The notes below the pieces were generated by a model that saw only the letters and a program-made list of their open reading frames with translations, was not told the DNA's origin and ran no database searches. This document shows positions 1 to 64,000 of a stretch of DNA of 64,000 nucleotides, piece by piece. The DNA is from an uncultured Gemmatimonadales bacterium (GTDB lineage Bacteria; Gemmatimonadota; Gemmatimonadetes; Longimicrobiales; Longimicrobiaceae): contig OY970303.1 of the NCBI GenBank assembly GCA_963716255.1, positions 6,528,001 to 6,592,000 on the forward strand. The letters run 5' to 3'. The position numbers were made by a program, and so were the translations under genes. Positions within the stretch are counted from its first letter, which is position 1, and every line of letters begins with the position of its first letter.

Positions 1-2268
1 CGGATCGTGCCGCGCGAGCGGGTGGTGGACGTGGCCGCGCTGGCGGAGGAGGTCGCGGACGCGACGCTGCTGCACGCCGTCCCCGCGCTGATGAGGCAGC
101 TTGTGGACGAGGTCGCCGCGGGGCGCGGCGTCCTGCCGGGGCTGCGGCGGGCGTTCGTCGGGGGCGACGCCGTGCCGCCGGATCTGCTGGGCGCGATGCG
201 GGAGACGTTCCCAGGCGCGGAGGTGCAGATCCTCTACGGCCCCACCGAGGGGGCGATCATCTGCGCCGCTCACCTCGCCGGCGGCGTGGCGCCCGGGCGG
301 CACCTGCTGGGGCGGCCGCTGGGCAACGCGCCGCTGTACGTCCTGGACGGCGCGGGGGAGCCCGCGCCGCTCGGCGTGCCGGGCGAGCTGTGCATCGGCG
401 GGGCGAGCGTGGCGCGGGGGTACCTGGGGCGGCCGGAGCTGACGGGCGAGCGGTTCGTGCCCGACCCGTTCTCCCCGGAGGCGGGCGCGCGGATGTACCG
501 CACCGGGGACCGGGCGCGCCGGGACGCCCGCGGCGTGCTGGAGTTCCTGGGGCGGACCGACGCGCAGGTCAAGGTGCGCGGCTTCCGGATCGAGCCGGGC
601 GAGGTCGAAGCGGCGCTCGCGGCCCACCCGCGCGTCCGCGAGGCGGTGGTGGTGGCGCAGGGCGGCGCCTCCGGCGGGGAGGGGGACCGGCGGCTGGTGG
701 CGTACGTCGTCCCGGCGGAGGCGGGCGGCGCGGAGCTGTGGCCGTCCATCGGCGAGTACTTCGTCTACGACGAGCTGATCTACCAGGGGCTCACCCACGA
801 CACCCTGCGCAACCAGCGCTACCTGCGCGCCCTGCAGCGCCACGCGCCCGGCAGGATCGTGCTGGACGTGGGGACCGGCGCGGACGCCATCCTGGCGCGG
901 CTCGCCGTGCAGGCCGGCGCGCGCCACGTCTACGCGGTGGAGCTGCTGGAGCGCTCCTTCCTTTCGGCGCGCGCGCGGATCCGCGAGCTGGGGCTGGAGG
1001 ACCGCGTCACCGTCGTCCACGGCGACGCACGCTTCGTGGAGCTCCCCGAGCCGGCCGACGTGTGCGTCTCGGAGATCGTGGAGTCCATCGCCGGCGGCGA
1101 GGGCGCGGCGCTGATCCTGGACTACGCGCGGCGGCTGCTGGCCCCGGGCGCGACCATGATCCCCGGCCGGGCGTGGACGCGCGTGGCCGCGGTGACGCTG
1201 CCGGAGGAGGTCCGCGGCGACCCCGCCTTTTCGCGCACTGCCGCGCACTACGTGCGGCGCATCTTCGAGCAGGTGGGGCACCCGTTCGACCTGCGCCTCT
1301 GCATCCGCGGCTTCCCGGCGGACCACGTCCTTTCCACCGCGGCGACGTACGAGGAGCTGGACTTCGCCGCGGGACCGGCCGCCGCGGAGTACGTCCGCCA
1401 CGAGGAGCTGACGGTGGAGCGGGCGGGGCGGCTGGACGGGCTGCTGCTCTGGCTGCGGATGGAGCTGGCCAAGGGTGAGACCCTGGACATCCTGGAGGAG
1501 GAGACCGCCTGGTTCCCGGTCTACTTCCCGCTCTTCGACCCGGGCGTAGAGGCCGCGCCGGGCGACCGGCTGCGGCTGGAGTGCTTCGCGGAGCTGCCGG
1601 AGGGCGGCGCGGCACCGGACTACGGCGTGCGCGGCGCGCTGGTCCGCGCGGGCGGCGGGGAGGTGCCGTTCGAGTTCGTGTCCGTGCACCACGCGCCGGA
1701 GTTCCGGGCGAGTCCCTTCTACCGGCGGCTCTTCGCCGACGGCGTGGCGGCGGTGCGGGAGGACTCCGTACACTCGCTCCCCGACACGTTGCGGGAGCAC
1801 CTGCGGGCACGGCTTCCGGAGCACATGGTCCCATCCGCGATCGTGGCCCTGGACGAGCTGCCGCTCACCCGCAACGGCAAGGTGGACCGGGCGGCGCTCC
1901 CCGCGCCGGACGGGGCCGGTGCCGCGCGGGAGTTCGTCCCGCCGAGCACCGCCGCGGAGGCGATGCTGGCCGGGATCTGGGCGGAGGTGCTGGGGCTGGC
2001 GCCGGAGCACGTGGGCGCCGGCGACAGCTTCTTCGAGCTGGGCGGCCACTCCCTGCTGGCGACCCGGGTCGTGTCGCGGGTGCGGGCGGCCTGCGGGGTC
2101 GACCTGCCGGTGCGCGCCCTGTTCGAGACACGCACCCTGGCGGAGCTGGCGGAGCGGGTGGACACCGAAGTGCGGGCGAGTACGGACGAGAGGGAGCTGG
2201 AGGAAGCGCTCGAGGCCCTGGAAGGGCTCTCCGACGAGGACATCAAGCGGCTCACCGAGGATCTCTGA
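1..2268 (+). CDS. NRPS-1, 5'-truncated by the window edge: C-terminal part of an A domain interrupted by a methyltransferase, then PCP and an acidic C-terminal docking tail
   Basis: Frame is open from base 1. Motifs: [38 protein letters not shown] and [13 protein letters not shown]. Tail [24 protein letters not shown]. Stop TGA at 2266-2268. Confidence 0.95.
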   Translation, partial: RIVPRERVVDVAALAEEVADATLLHAVPALMRQLVDEVAAGRGVLPGLRRAFVGGDAVPPDLLGAMRETFPGAEVQILYGPTEGAIICAAHLAGGVAPGRHLLGRPLGNAPLYVLDGAGEPAPLGVPGELCIGGASVARGYLGRPELTGERFVPDPFSPEAGARMYRTGDRARRDARGVLEFLGRTDAQVKVRGFRIEPGEVEAALAAHPRVREAVVVAQGGASGGEGDRRLVAYVVPAEAGGAELWPSIGEYFVYDELIYQGLTHDTLRNQRYLRALQRHAPGRIVLDVGTGADAILARLAVQAGARHVYAVELLERSFLSARARIRELGLEDRVTVVHGDARFVELPEPADVCVSEIVESIAGGEGAALILDYARRLLAPGATMIPGRAWTRVAAVTLPEEVRGDPAFSRTAAHYVRRIFEQVGHPFDLRLCIRGFPADHVLSTAATYEELDFAAGPAAAEYVRHEELTVERAGRLDGLLLWLRMELAKGETLDILEEETAWFPVYFPLFDPGVEAAPGDRLRLECFAELPEGGAAPDYGVRGALVRAGGGEVPFEFVSVHHAPEFRASPFYRRLFADGVAAVREDSVHSLPDTLREHLRARLPEHMVPSAIVALDELPLTRNGKVDRAALPAPDGAGAAREFVPPSTAAEAMLAGIWAEVLGLAPEHVGAGDSFFELGGHSLLATRVVSRVRAACGVDLPVRALFETRTLAELAERVDTEVRASTDERELEEALEALEGLSDEDIKRLTEDL
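733..1740 (+). other. PRMT-like class I SAM-dependent methyltransferase inserted between A8 and A9 of the NRPS-1 A domain
   Basis: [18 protein letters not shown] (859-879), [33 protein letters not shown] (Glu codons at 1072 and 1099, nine residues apart), [18 protein letters not shown] and TAW (1504-1512). Confidence 0.8.
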
Positions 2269-2323
2269 TGCATCACCCCCCGTCCCGCGCGCAGGCACCC
2301 GCCCCCCGGACGGAGGGCGCCCG

Positions 2324-24922
<22,599 letters not shown>

Positions 24923-25007
24923 CCTCCCTCCCGGGAAGAACCCGGACCAGGCGGGGGGCCCGACCCAAGCCCCGCGCTCGCAGCTCATCTTCTCAGAGAA
25001 AGTGCAG

Positions 25008-28000
25008 ATGACGAACGGACCGATCGGCGGCCTCTCGGGGGACGACCTGGAGCTCCTCGCCCTGCTGCTGGACGAGGTCGGGATCGAGACCGCCAGGGAG
25101 GAGCCCATCCGCCCCCGCAGGCCCGGGCAGCGCGTCCCGCTCACGTTCCCGCAGAAGCGGCTCTGGTTCATGGAGCAGCTCGAGCCGGAGAGCCGCATCT
25201 ACAACAACGTCATCGGGATCCGCCTCACCGGCAGGCTGGACGACGCGGCCCTGGCGCGCGCCCTGGACGAGATCGTCCGCCGGCACGAGTCGCTGCGTAC
25301 CGTCTTCCCGGAGGTGGATGGCGAGCCGGCCCAGGTGGTCCTCCCCGACTTCCGCATTCCCCTGGAGCGTTGCGACCTCTCGCACCTGCCGGAGGACGAG
25401 CGGATGCGCGAGGTGCGCCGCGTCCTGGACGCGGAATCGCTCCGCCCGGTGACGCTGGCTACGGGGCCGCTGATTCGGGCCGCGCTGGTGCGGCTGGGGG
25501 AGCGCGACCACGCCCTGAGCCTCCCCCTGCACCACATCCTCAGCGACGGCTGGAGCATGGGGATCTTCTTCCGCGAGCTGGCGGCGCTCTACGCGGCGTT
25601 CCAGGAGGGGCGTCCCTCCCCGCTCGCCCCGCTCCCGCTGCAGTACGCGGACTTCGCGGTATGGCAGGAGGAGCGGCTCTCGGGGGGCGCGCTGGAGCGG
25701 CAGATCTCCTACTGGAAGGAGCGGCTGCGCGGGGCGCCCCCCCTGCTGGATCTGCCGACGGACCGCCCCCGGCCGGCGGAGCAGTCCTACCGGGGTGCGG
25801 CGCACGGGACGGTGATCCCCGCCGGGGTCGCCGCGGGGCTGCGGGCGCTGGCGCAGCGGGAGGGGACCACGCTGTTCATGACGCTCCTCGCGGCCCTGGC
25901 GGCGCTCTTCGGCCGTTACGCGGGCGAGGACGACGTGGTCGTCGGGAGTCCCATCGCCAACCGCACCCGGCCGGAGCTGGAGGGGATCATCGGGCTCTTC
26001 GCCAACACCCTCCCGCTGCGCATCGACCTCTCCGGCGCCCCCCCCTTCCGCGAGCTGCTGGCGCGGGTGCGCGACGCCACCTTCGAGGACTACGCGAACC
26101 AGGACCTCCCCTTCGAGCGCCTGGTGGAGGAGCTGCGTATCGAGCGGAGCCTGAGCTTCAACCCGGTCTACCAGGCGATGCTCGTGCTGCAGAACACCCC
26201 GGGGAAGCGCGACGAGCTACCGGGGCTGGAGATGCACCCGCTGGAGACCGCGCACGACCGGGCCAAGCTGGACCTCTCGCTCAGCCTGGCGGAGATGGGG
26301 AACGAGATCTGGGGTGGGTGGGAGTACGCCACGGACCTCTTCGACCAGGCGACGGTGGTGCGAATGACGGACCACCTGGTGAACCTGCTCCGGGTGGCGG
26401 TGGAGGATCCCGGCCGACGCGTCCCGGAGCTGCCGCTGATCGCGCCGGAGGAGCGCACCAGGGTGCTGCACGGCTGGAGCGCCGGCGCCCCCCCGGGCGC
26501 CGCCCCCCTTCCGGTGCACCTGCAGGTGCGGGCCCGGGCGGCGGAGCAGCCGGACGCGGTGGCGGTGTGGCACGCGGGGGAGGCGCTCACCTACGCGGAG
26601 CTGGACCGCCGCGCCAGCCGCCTCGCGCACTACCTGCGGGGCAGGGGGGTGGGGCCGGAGACGCGGGTGGGCGTGTTCCTGGAGCGGGGTCCCGAGCTGC
26701 TGGTAGCCCTGCTGGGGGTGCTGGGGGCGGGGGCGGCGTACGTCCCGCTGGACCCCACCTTCCCGCGCGACCGGCTGGCGCTGCTGGCCGAGGACGCGCG
26801 CGTCGCCCTGGTGCTGACGGAGCAGCGCTGGTTCGCGGAGCTGCCGGGGAGTGTGGCCGCGGGCGCGGTCCTGGTGGACACGGACCGGGAGCGGATCGAA
26901 CGCGAGCCGGCGACCCCTCCGGAGGCGCCGGTCTTCCCGGAGAGCGCGGCGTACGTGATCTACACCTCCGGCTCCACGGGGAGGCCCAAGGGGGTGACCG
27001 TCCCGCACGGCGCGCTGGCGGGATACACGGCGGCCGCGCGCGCGGCGTACGGCGCGGGGCCGAACGATCGCGTGCTCCAGTTCGCCTCCGTGGCCTTCGA
27101 CGCCAGCGCGGAGGAGATCTACACGGCGCTCACGGCCGGGGCGCGGCTGGTGCTCCGCAGCGAGGAGATGCTGGATTCCGCGCGCGCCTTCCTGGAGCGG
27201 TGCCGGGAGTGGGGGATCACCGTACTCGACCTCCCTACCGCCTACTGGCACGAGCTGGTGGCGGAGCTGGAGGACGGGGAGGGGGCGGAGCTCCCGGAGG
27301 CGCTGCGGCTCGTCGTCATCGGCGGGGAGCGCGCCCTCCCGGAGCGGCTGCGGGCGTGGCGAGAGCGCTTCGGGGGGCGGGTGCGGCTGGTGAACACCTA
27401 CGGCCCGACCGAGACCACCATCGTGGCGACGCTCTGCGACCTCCCCGTCACGCCGGAGGGGGCAGCCACGCCGCGTCACGTCCCCATCGGGCGCCCCGTG
27501 GCCGGTGCGCGCGTTTACGTGCTGGACCCGCGGGGGGAACCCGCTCCCATCGGCGTCCCCGGGGAGCTTTACATCGGCGGAGTGGGGGTGGCGCGCGGCT
27601 ACCTGGACCGCCCGGAGTTGACGTCGGAGCGCTTCCTCCCGGACCCGTTCGCCGCGGAGCCGGGCGCGCGCGTCTACCGAACCGGCGACCGGGTGCGCTG
27701 GCTGGCCTCCGGGGAGCTGGAGTTCGTGGGGCGCACCGACCAGCAGGTCAAGATCCGCGGCTTCAGGGTGGAGCCGGGGGAGGTGGAGGCGGTCCTCGTC
27801 CGGCAACCGGGGGTGGAGGACGCGGTGGTCGTGGCGCGGCGGGATGAGGCGGGCCGCGAAGCGCCGCGCCTGGTGGCGTACCTGGTGCCGGAGCCGGGGG
27901 CGGCGCTCGCCTCGGCGGAACTGCGCGCTGCACTCCGCGCCGAGCTCCCGGCATACATGGTCCCGGTGGCCTGGGTGACGCTGGACGCCTTCCCGCTCAC

Positions 28001-28397
28001 CCGCACCGGCAAGGTGGACCGGCGCGCGCTCCCCGCCCCCGACGCGGCCGCGCTGGCGCGGGAGGCGGCTCGGGCCGCCCCGCAGAGCGGCGTGGAGCAC
28101 GCGGTGGCGGAGGCGTGGCGGGAGGTGCTGGGAGTGGAGGAGGTTGGGCTGGACGACAACTTCTTCGACCTAGGGGGGCATTCGCTGCTCCTGGCGCGGC
28201 TGCGCAGTCGGCTGGCGGGGAAGTTCGCTCGCGAGGTATCGTTGGTGATCCTCTTCCGCTATCCCACGGTCCGCTCCCTGGCTGAGTATGTGACGCAGGG
28301 TCAGCCTGAGGCTGCGACCCCCGAGCGGAACGCCGCGGAAGTGGAGGGCCGCCTCCAGGCTCTACGCAGGCGGCGTGACCTGCGGGGGAGCCCCTAG
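25008..28397 (+). CDS. NRPS-3, single C-A-PCP module (about 1129 aa); A domain predicted to take a basic residue (Lys/Orn-like)
   Basis: ATG at 25008 after purine-rich AGAGAAAG (GTG at 25002 is an alternative start). HHILSDG. Pocket DAEDVGTIVK. PCP GGHSLLLARLRSRL. Basic tail RLQALRRRRDLRGSP. Stop TAG. Confidence 0.93.
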   Translation: MTNGPIGGLSGDDLELLALLLDEVGIETAREEPIRPRRPGQRVPLTFPQKRLWFMEQLEPESRIYNNVIGIRLTGRLDDAALARALDEIVRRHESLRTVFPEVDGEPAQVVLPDFRIPLERCDLSHLPEDERMREVRRVLDAESLRPVTLATGPLIRAALVRLGERDHALSLPLHHILSDGWSMGIFFRELAALYAAFQEGRPSPLAPLPLQYADFAVWQEERLSGGALERQISYWKERLRGAPPLLDLPTDRPRPAEQSYRGAAHGTVIPAGVAAGLRALAQREGTTLFMTLLAALAALFGRYAGEDDVVVGSPIANRTRPELEGIIGLFANTLPLRIDLSGAPPFRELLARVRDATFEDYANQDLPFERLVEELRIERSLSFNPVYQAMLVLQNTPGKRDELPGLEMHPLETAHDRAKLDLSLSLAEMGNEIWGGWEYATDLFDQATVVRMTDHLVNLLRVAVEDPGRRVPELPLIAPEERTRVLHGWSAGAPPGAAPLPVHLQVRARAAEQPDAVAVWHAGEALTYAELDRRASRLAHYLRGRGVGPETRVGVFLERGPELLVALLGVLGAGAAYVPLDPTFPRDRLALLAEDARVALVLTEQRWFAELPGSVAAGAVLVDTDRERIEREPATPPEAPVFPESAAYVIYTSGSTGRPKGVTVPHGALAGYTAAARAAYGAGPNDRVLQFASVAFDASAEEIYTALTAGARLVLRSEEMLDSARAFLERCREWGITVLDLPTAYWHELVAELEDGEGAELPEALRLVVIGGERALPERLRAWRERFGGRVRLVNTYGPTETTIVATLCDLPVTPEGAATPRHVPIGRPVAGARVYVLDPRGEPAPIGVPGELYIGGVGVARGYLDRPELTSERFLPDPFAAEPGARVYRTGDRVRWLASGELEFVGRTDQQVKIRGFRVEPGEVEAVLVRQPGVEDAVVVARRDEAGREAPRLVAYLVPEPGAALASAELRAALRAELPAYMVPVAWVTLDAFPLTRTGKVDRRALPAPDAAALAREAARAAPQSGVEHAVAEAWREVLGVEEVGLDDNFFDLGGHSLLLARLRSRLAGKFAREVSLVILFRYPTVRSLAEYVTQGQPEAATPERNAAEVEGRLQALRRRRDLRGSP

Positions 28398-28719
28398 GGA
28401 TGAGCCATTCTTCAGCGTCCCAGTGAGCAGACGCTGGACCGGCTTGCTCTGCACGACACGCAGGCGTCTCGCGACTGCCCCGGGTGTATTCTCCCGCACC
28501 AGGCCGATGCGGTCGGCGATCCCTCACTCGCCGAGCGTGCGGAGGATCTCAGTATCCCCCACCGAGACATGAAGCGCGGCCGCGACGGCCGCGGCGGGAA
28601 ACTCCCGCAGAAGGGTCCGCGGATCGGCCGCCAGCCGGCCGTCACCGCGGTCCCCACCGCGGAACGGGTCGACCACCGCGATCGCTGCGGGAGGCGAGCC
28701 CGGAGGGGAGGGTGTACTC

Positions 28720-28752
28720 GGTTGCGAATATTTTCAGACTTCTATTAATTGA
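28720..28752 (+). promoter_or_regulatory. Candidate promoter for NRPS-4
   Basis: Isolated AT-rich patch in the 594-bp intergenic region: TTGCGA (28722-28727), then TATTAATT (28743-28750). It lies about 240 bp upstream of ATG 28992. Confidence 0.35.
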
Positions 28753-28991
28753 AACAGCTGGATCGAGGTGCTGGTTCCGGGGGAAGTGACGACCTGTGCG
28801 CGGAGTGCGGGATACCCGGCCTCCAAGGTCGATCCTGCTCAGCACAGTGGAGCCCTTCCCCGCCGAGGCCGGGGATCTCGGCGCCTACCGGACGTGATCG
28901 TGGTGGGGCGCTCTCGATCAGCTCCAGCTTGCTTCAGGAGCCGCGGCCGGCCCCTTCTGCCGCCTCTCGCCCCCACCTGCTCGTCGCTCCG

Positions 28992-62399
<33,408 letters not shown>

Positions 62400-62566
62400 C
62401 CAGGAAGCCGCAATGATCCGGGGCGCGGATGAGCGATTGGGTAGACCCGGCCGGCGAGCTAAACGGACGGCAGGTTCAAGCATCCTGTGCCGTTTATCTC
62501 CCGTCCTTGCGCAGGGTTCTGCGCCCCGTTCCCAGCGGGATCACGAAACGCGGAAGTGGGCAATCC

Positions 62567-62989
62567 TGCCAGGAGGTCTGTCCCTGGAACTCGTTTTCCA
62601 CGGATACGGAGGAGGCGGCGTTCCTCCCGCGCGACGGCGTCGACGGCGCGTCGCTGATCGAGCTGATGGGGCTGACGCAGGAGGAGTTCTCGCGGCGCTT
62701 CAAGGGCTCGGCGGTGAAGCGCACCAAGCGGCGCGGGCTGCTGCGCAACGTGGCGGTGGCGCTGGGGAACTGGGGATCGCCCGAGGCCGTGCCCGTGCTG
62801 GCGGAGGCGCTCGCCGCCGAGGAGCCGCTGGTGCGGGGGCATGCGGCGTGGGCGCTGGGGCGGATCGCGTCCAGGGAAGGCTGTCCCACCGAGACGGTCT
62901 TCGACATCGCCGCCTTGCTGACCTCCCGAATTCTTGTCGAGGAGGACGAGTGGGTGCGCGAGGAGCTGTCGCTCGCGCTCTCCAGCTGA
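62567..62989 (+). pseudogene. queG: 3' fragment of epoxyqueuosine reductase QueG (last Fe-S cysteines plus HEAT-like C-terminal extension)
   Basis: CQEVCPWN...LTQEEFSRRFKGSAVKRTKRRGLLRNVAVALGN...PLVRGHAAWALGRI. The in-frame sequence upstream (62429-62566) has no QueG character, and there is no room for the N-terminal part after NRPS-4. Confidence 0.78.
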
Positions 62990-63664
62990 CGGCCGACTGC
63001 GAAGTACTTGGGTGCGTCGGGTGCGCTGCGGAGCGTGACGATGGCGCTCTTGTGGTTGGTCCGCTTCATCCCCGGGATGGGCTCGAGAACGATCATGACA
63101 TCGAGGACCCACCAGTCGAGCAGGATCCCCCGCTCGTTTTCGAACCACTCTACCCGACCGGGATCTGCGTGACTCCGGGGGCTTGCCTTGCCAGAAGTCG
63201 AGCAGATTCTGGAATCCCGGCCGGTCGAACGTCGTACCACTCCGCTCTCCTCCCCACCATCAGGTCTGATCGATCTCCCCCATCTGGCGTTCATCTCCGC
63301 CATCTGCTGATTGGGGGAGTGGACCTGCTTCGTCTCCTCGCGAGAACTCTTCCGGGTGGCACGGAGCGGAGCGGTAGGATGCCCCCGGCCCGCGGCCGTC
63401 CCCGACGCAGCCGCACCCGCATCTCGAACACCTTCGGGTTGACGAGTTGCGCGAGATGAGCGGGCCGACCTCGCCGTAGACTCCGAGCGGAATGGCTGAG
63501 TGGCCTGGATGCCTGCTCGACCTGTGACGCTCGCCCTCTACGGAGCCTACCTCACAGGAAGATCGACGACGAAGCGCTCATATAGGATCTGTGCTCGCGT
63601 ACGCCCGGCTGTTACCGGTCTGCCGAGTTGGTGGTGTCGTGGTCGTTCGACGCACCACGCAGCC

Positions 63665-63722
63665 CTCTTGAAATAGATCATGGACTTACGATTTGGTACC
63701 GTTTAATATGTGACATTAGTGG
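63665..63722 (+). promoter_or_regulatory. AT-rich candidate promoter/operator region upstream of the next NRPS gene
   Basis: TTGAAATAGATCATGGACTTACGATTTGGTACCGTTTAATATGTGACATTAGT is far more AT-rich than its surroundings and lies about 210 bp upstream of ATG 63935. There is no clean -35/-10 pair. Confidence 0.3.
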
Positions 63723-63934
63723 GAGTCGATTCTCCGGCCCTGCGTACCTCCCGGGAGTAGCCGCAGCAATTTCGTCGGCCGGGTCGGGCGGCGCTGGAAT
63801 CTTCCCGGGTCGGGGACCGATGTTCCTGCAGCGTCTCACCTCTGATCCGCTTCATCTCGTCCGAACTCCCAACCCGAGGGTGCAGCACCCCTGCGCCCGT
63901 CCCTTGCCCAGCATGGAACCGGTGGAGCGAGCAT

Positions 63935-64000
63935 ATGGATGACCTCTCTTCCGCAGTCGAGGATATCTACCCGCTGACGCCGGTGCAGGCGGGGCTGCTC
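63935..64000 (+). CDS. Start of another NRPS or C-domain protein (truncated by the window end; not in the ORF track)
   Basis: GGAG (63924-63927), then ATG 63935. Translates to MDDLSSAVEDIYPLTPVQAGLL, the C1 motif typical of DCL-type C domains (compare VEDVYPLTPLQEGML in NRPS-4 module 6). Confidence 0.8.
   Translation, partial: MDDLSSAVEDIYPLTPVQAGLL

Noticed and set aside
1919..2323. ORF-track start of NRPS-2 at 1919
   Set aside because: It overlaps the NRPS-1 PCP in another frame and translates as low-complexity sequence. ATG 2324 has an RBS and begins a docking helix.
24923..25007. Small hairpins after NRPS-2 as a possible terminator
   Set aside because: Stems are only 5-6 bp with no U-tract, which is expected by chance at this GC content.
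28375..28845. Short ORFs in the NRPS-3/NRPS-4 gap, considered as possible MbtH-like or precursor peptides
   Set aside because: None has the MbtH Trp pattern or a recognisable leader, and their composition looks non-coding.
28749..28991. ORF-track start of NRPS-4 at TTG 28749
   Set aside because: The 81-codon extension has no FAAL character and starts inside the AT-rich promoter-like patch. ATG 28992 fits the FAAL N-terminus, although its RBS is weak.
62494..63459. ORFs 62494..63303 (-), 62459..63148 (-) and 62389..63459 (+)
   Set aside because: They overlap the queG fragment and show no recognisable family. The minus-strand stretch at about 62990-63190 could be a gene remnant, but I cannot support that without a search.
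63480..63660. Possible decayed IS fragment (reads HRKIDDEALI followed by a stop)
   Set aside because: Too short, with no DDE motif, terminal inverted repeats or target duplication visible.

Overview
Very GC-rich bacterial DNA occupied almost entirely by co-directional (+ strand) NRPS genes. NRPS-1 (<1-2268) is the 3' end of a gene whose last A domain is interrupted by a methyltransferase resembling protein-arginine methyltransferases (PRMT). NRPS-2 (2324-24922) has 7 modules, two starting with dual epimerisation/condensation (E/C) domains. NRPS-3 (25008-28397) is a single C-A-PCP module. NRPS-4 (28992-62399, about 11,100 aa) is a lipopeptide-initiating enzyme: FAAL-ACP plus 9 modules, one backbone N-methyltransferase and one canonical E domain. 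These are followed by a 5'-truncated queG remnant, about 0.9 kb of apparently non-coding lower-GC DNA, and the first 22 codons of another C-domain protein (63935->). At least 18 elongation modules are visible, but I saw no thioesterase, reductase, MbtH, transporter or regulator. Near-identical internal DNA repeats record module duplication and A-subdomain swapping. All substrate calls come from my by-eye alignment to GrsA pocket positions and are predictions. Domain boundaries are approximate.
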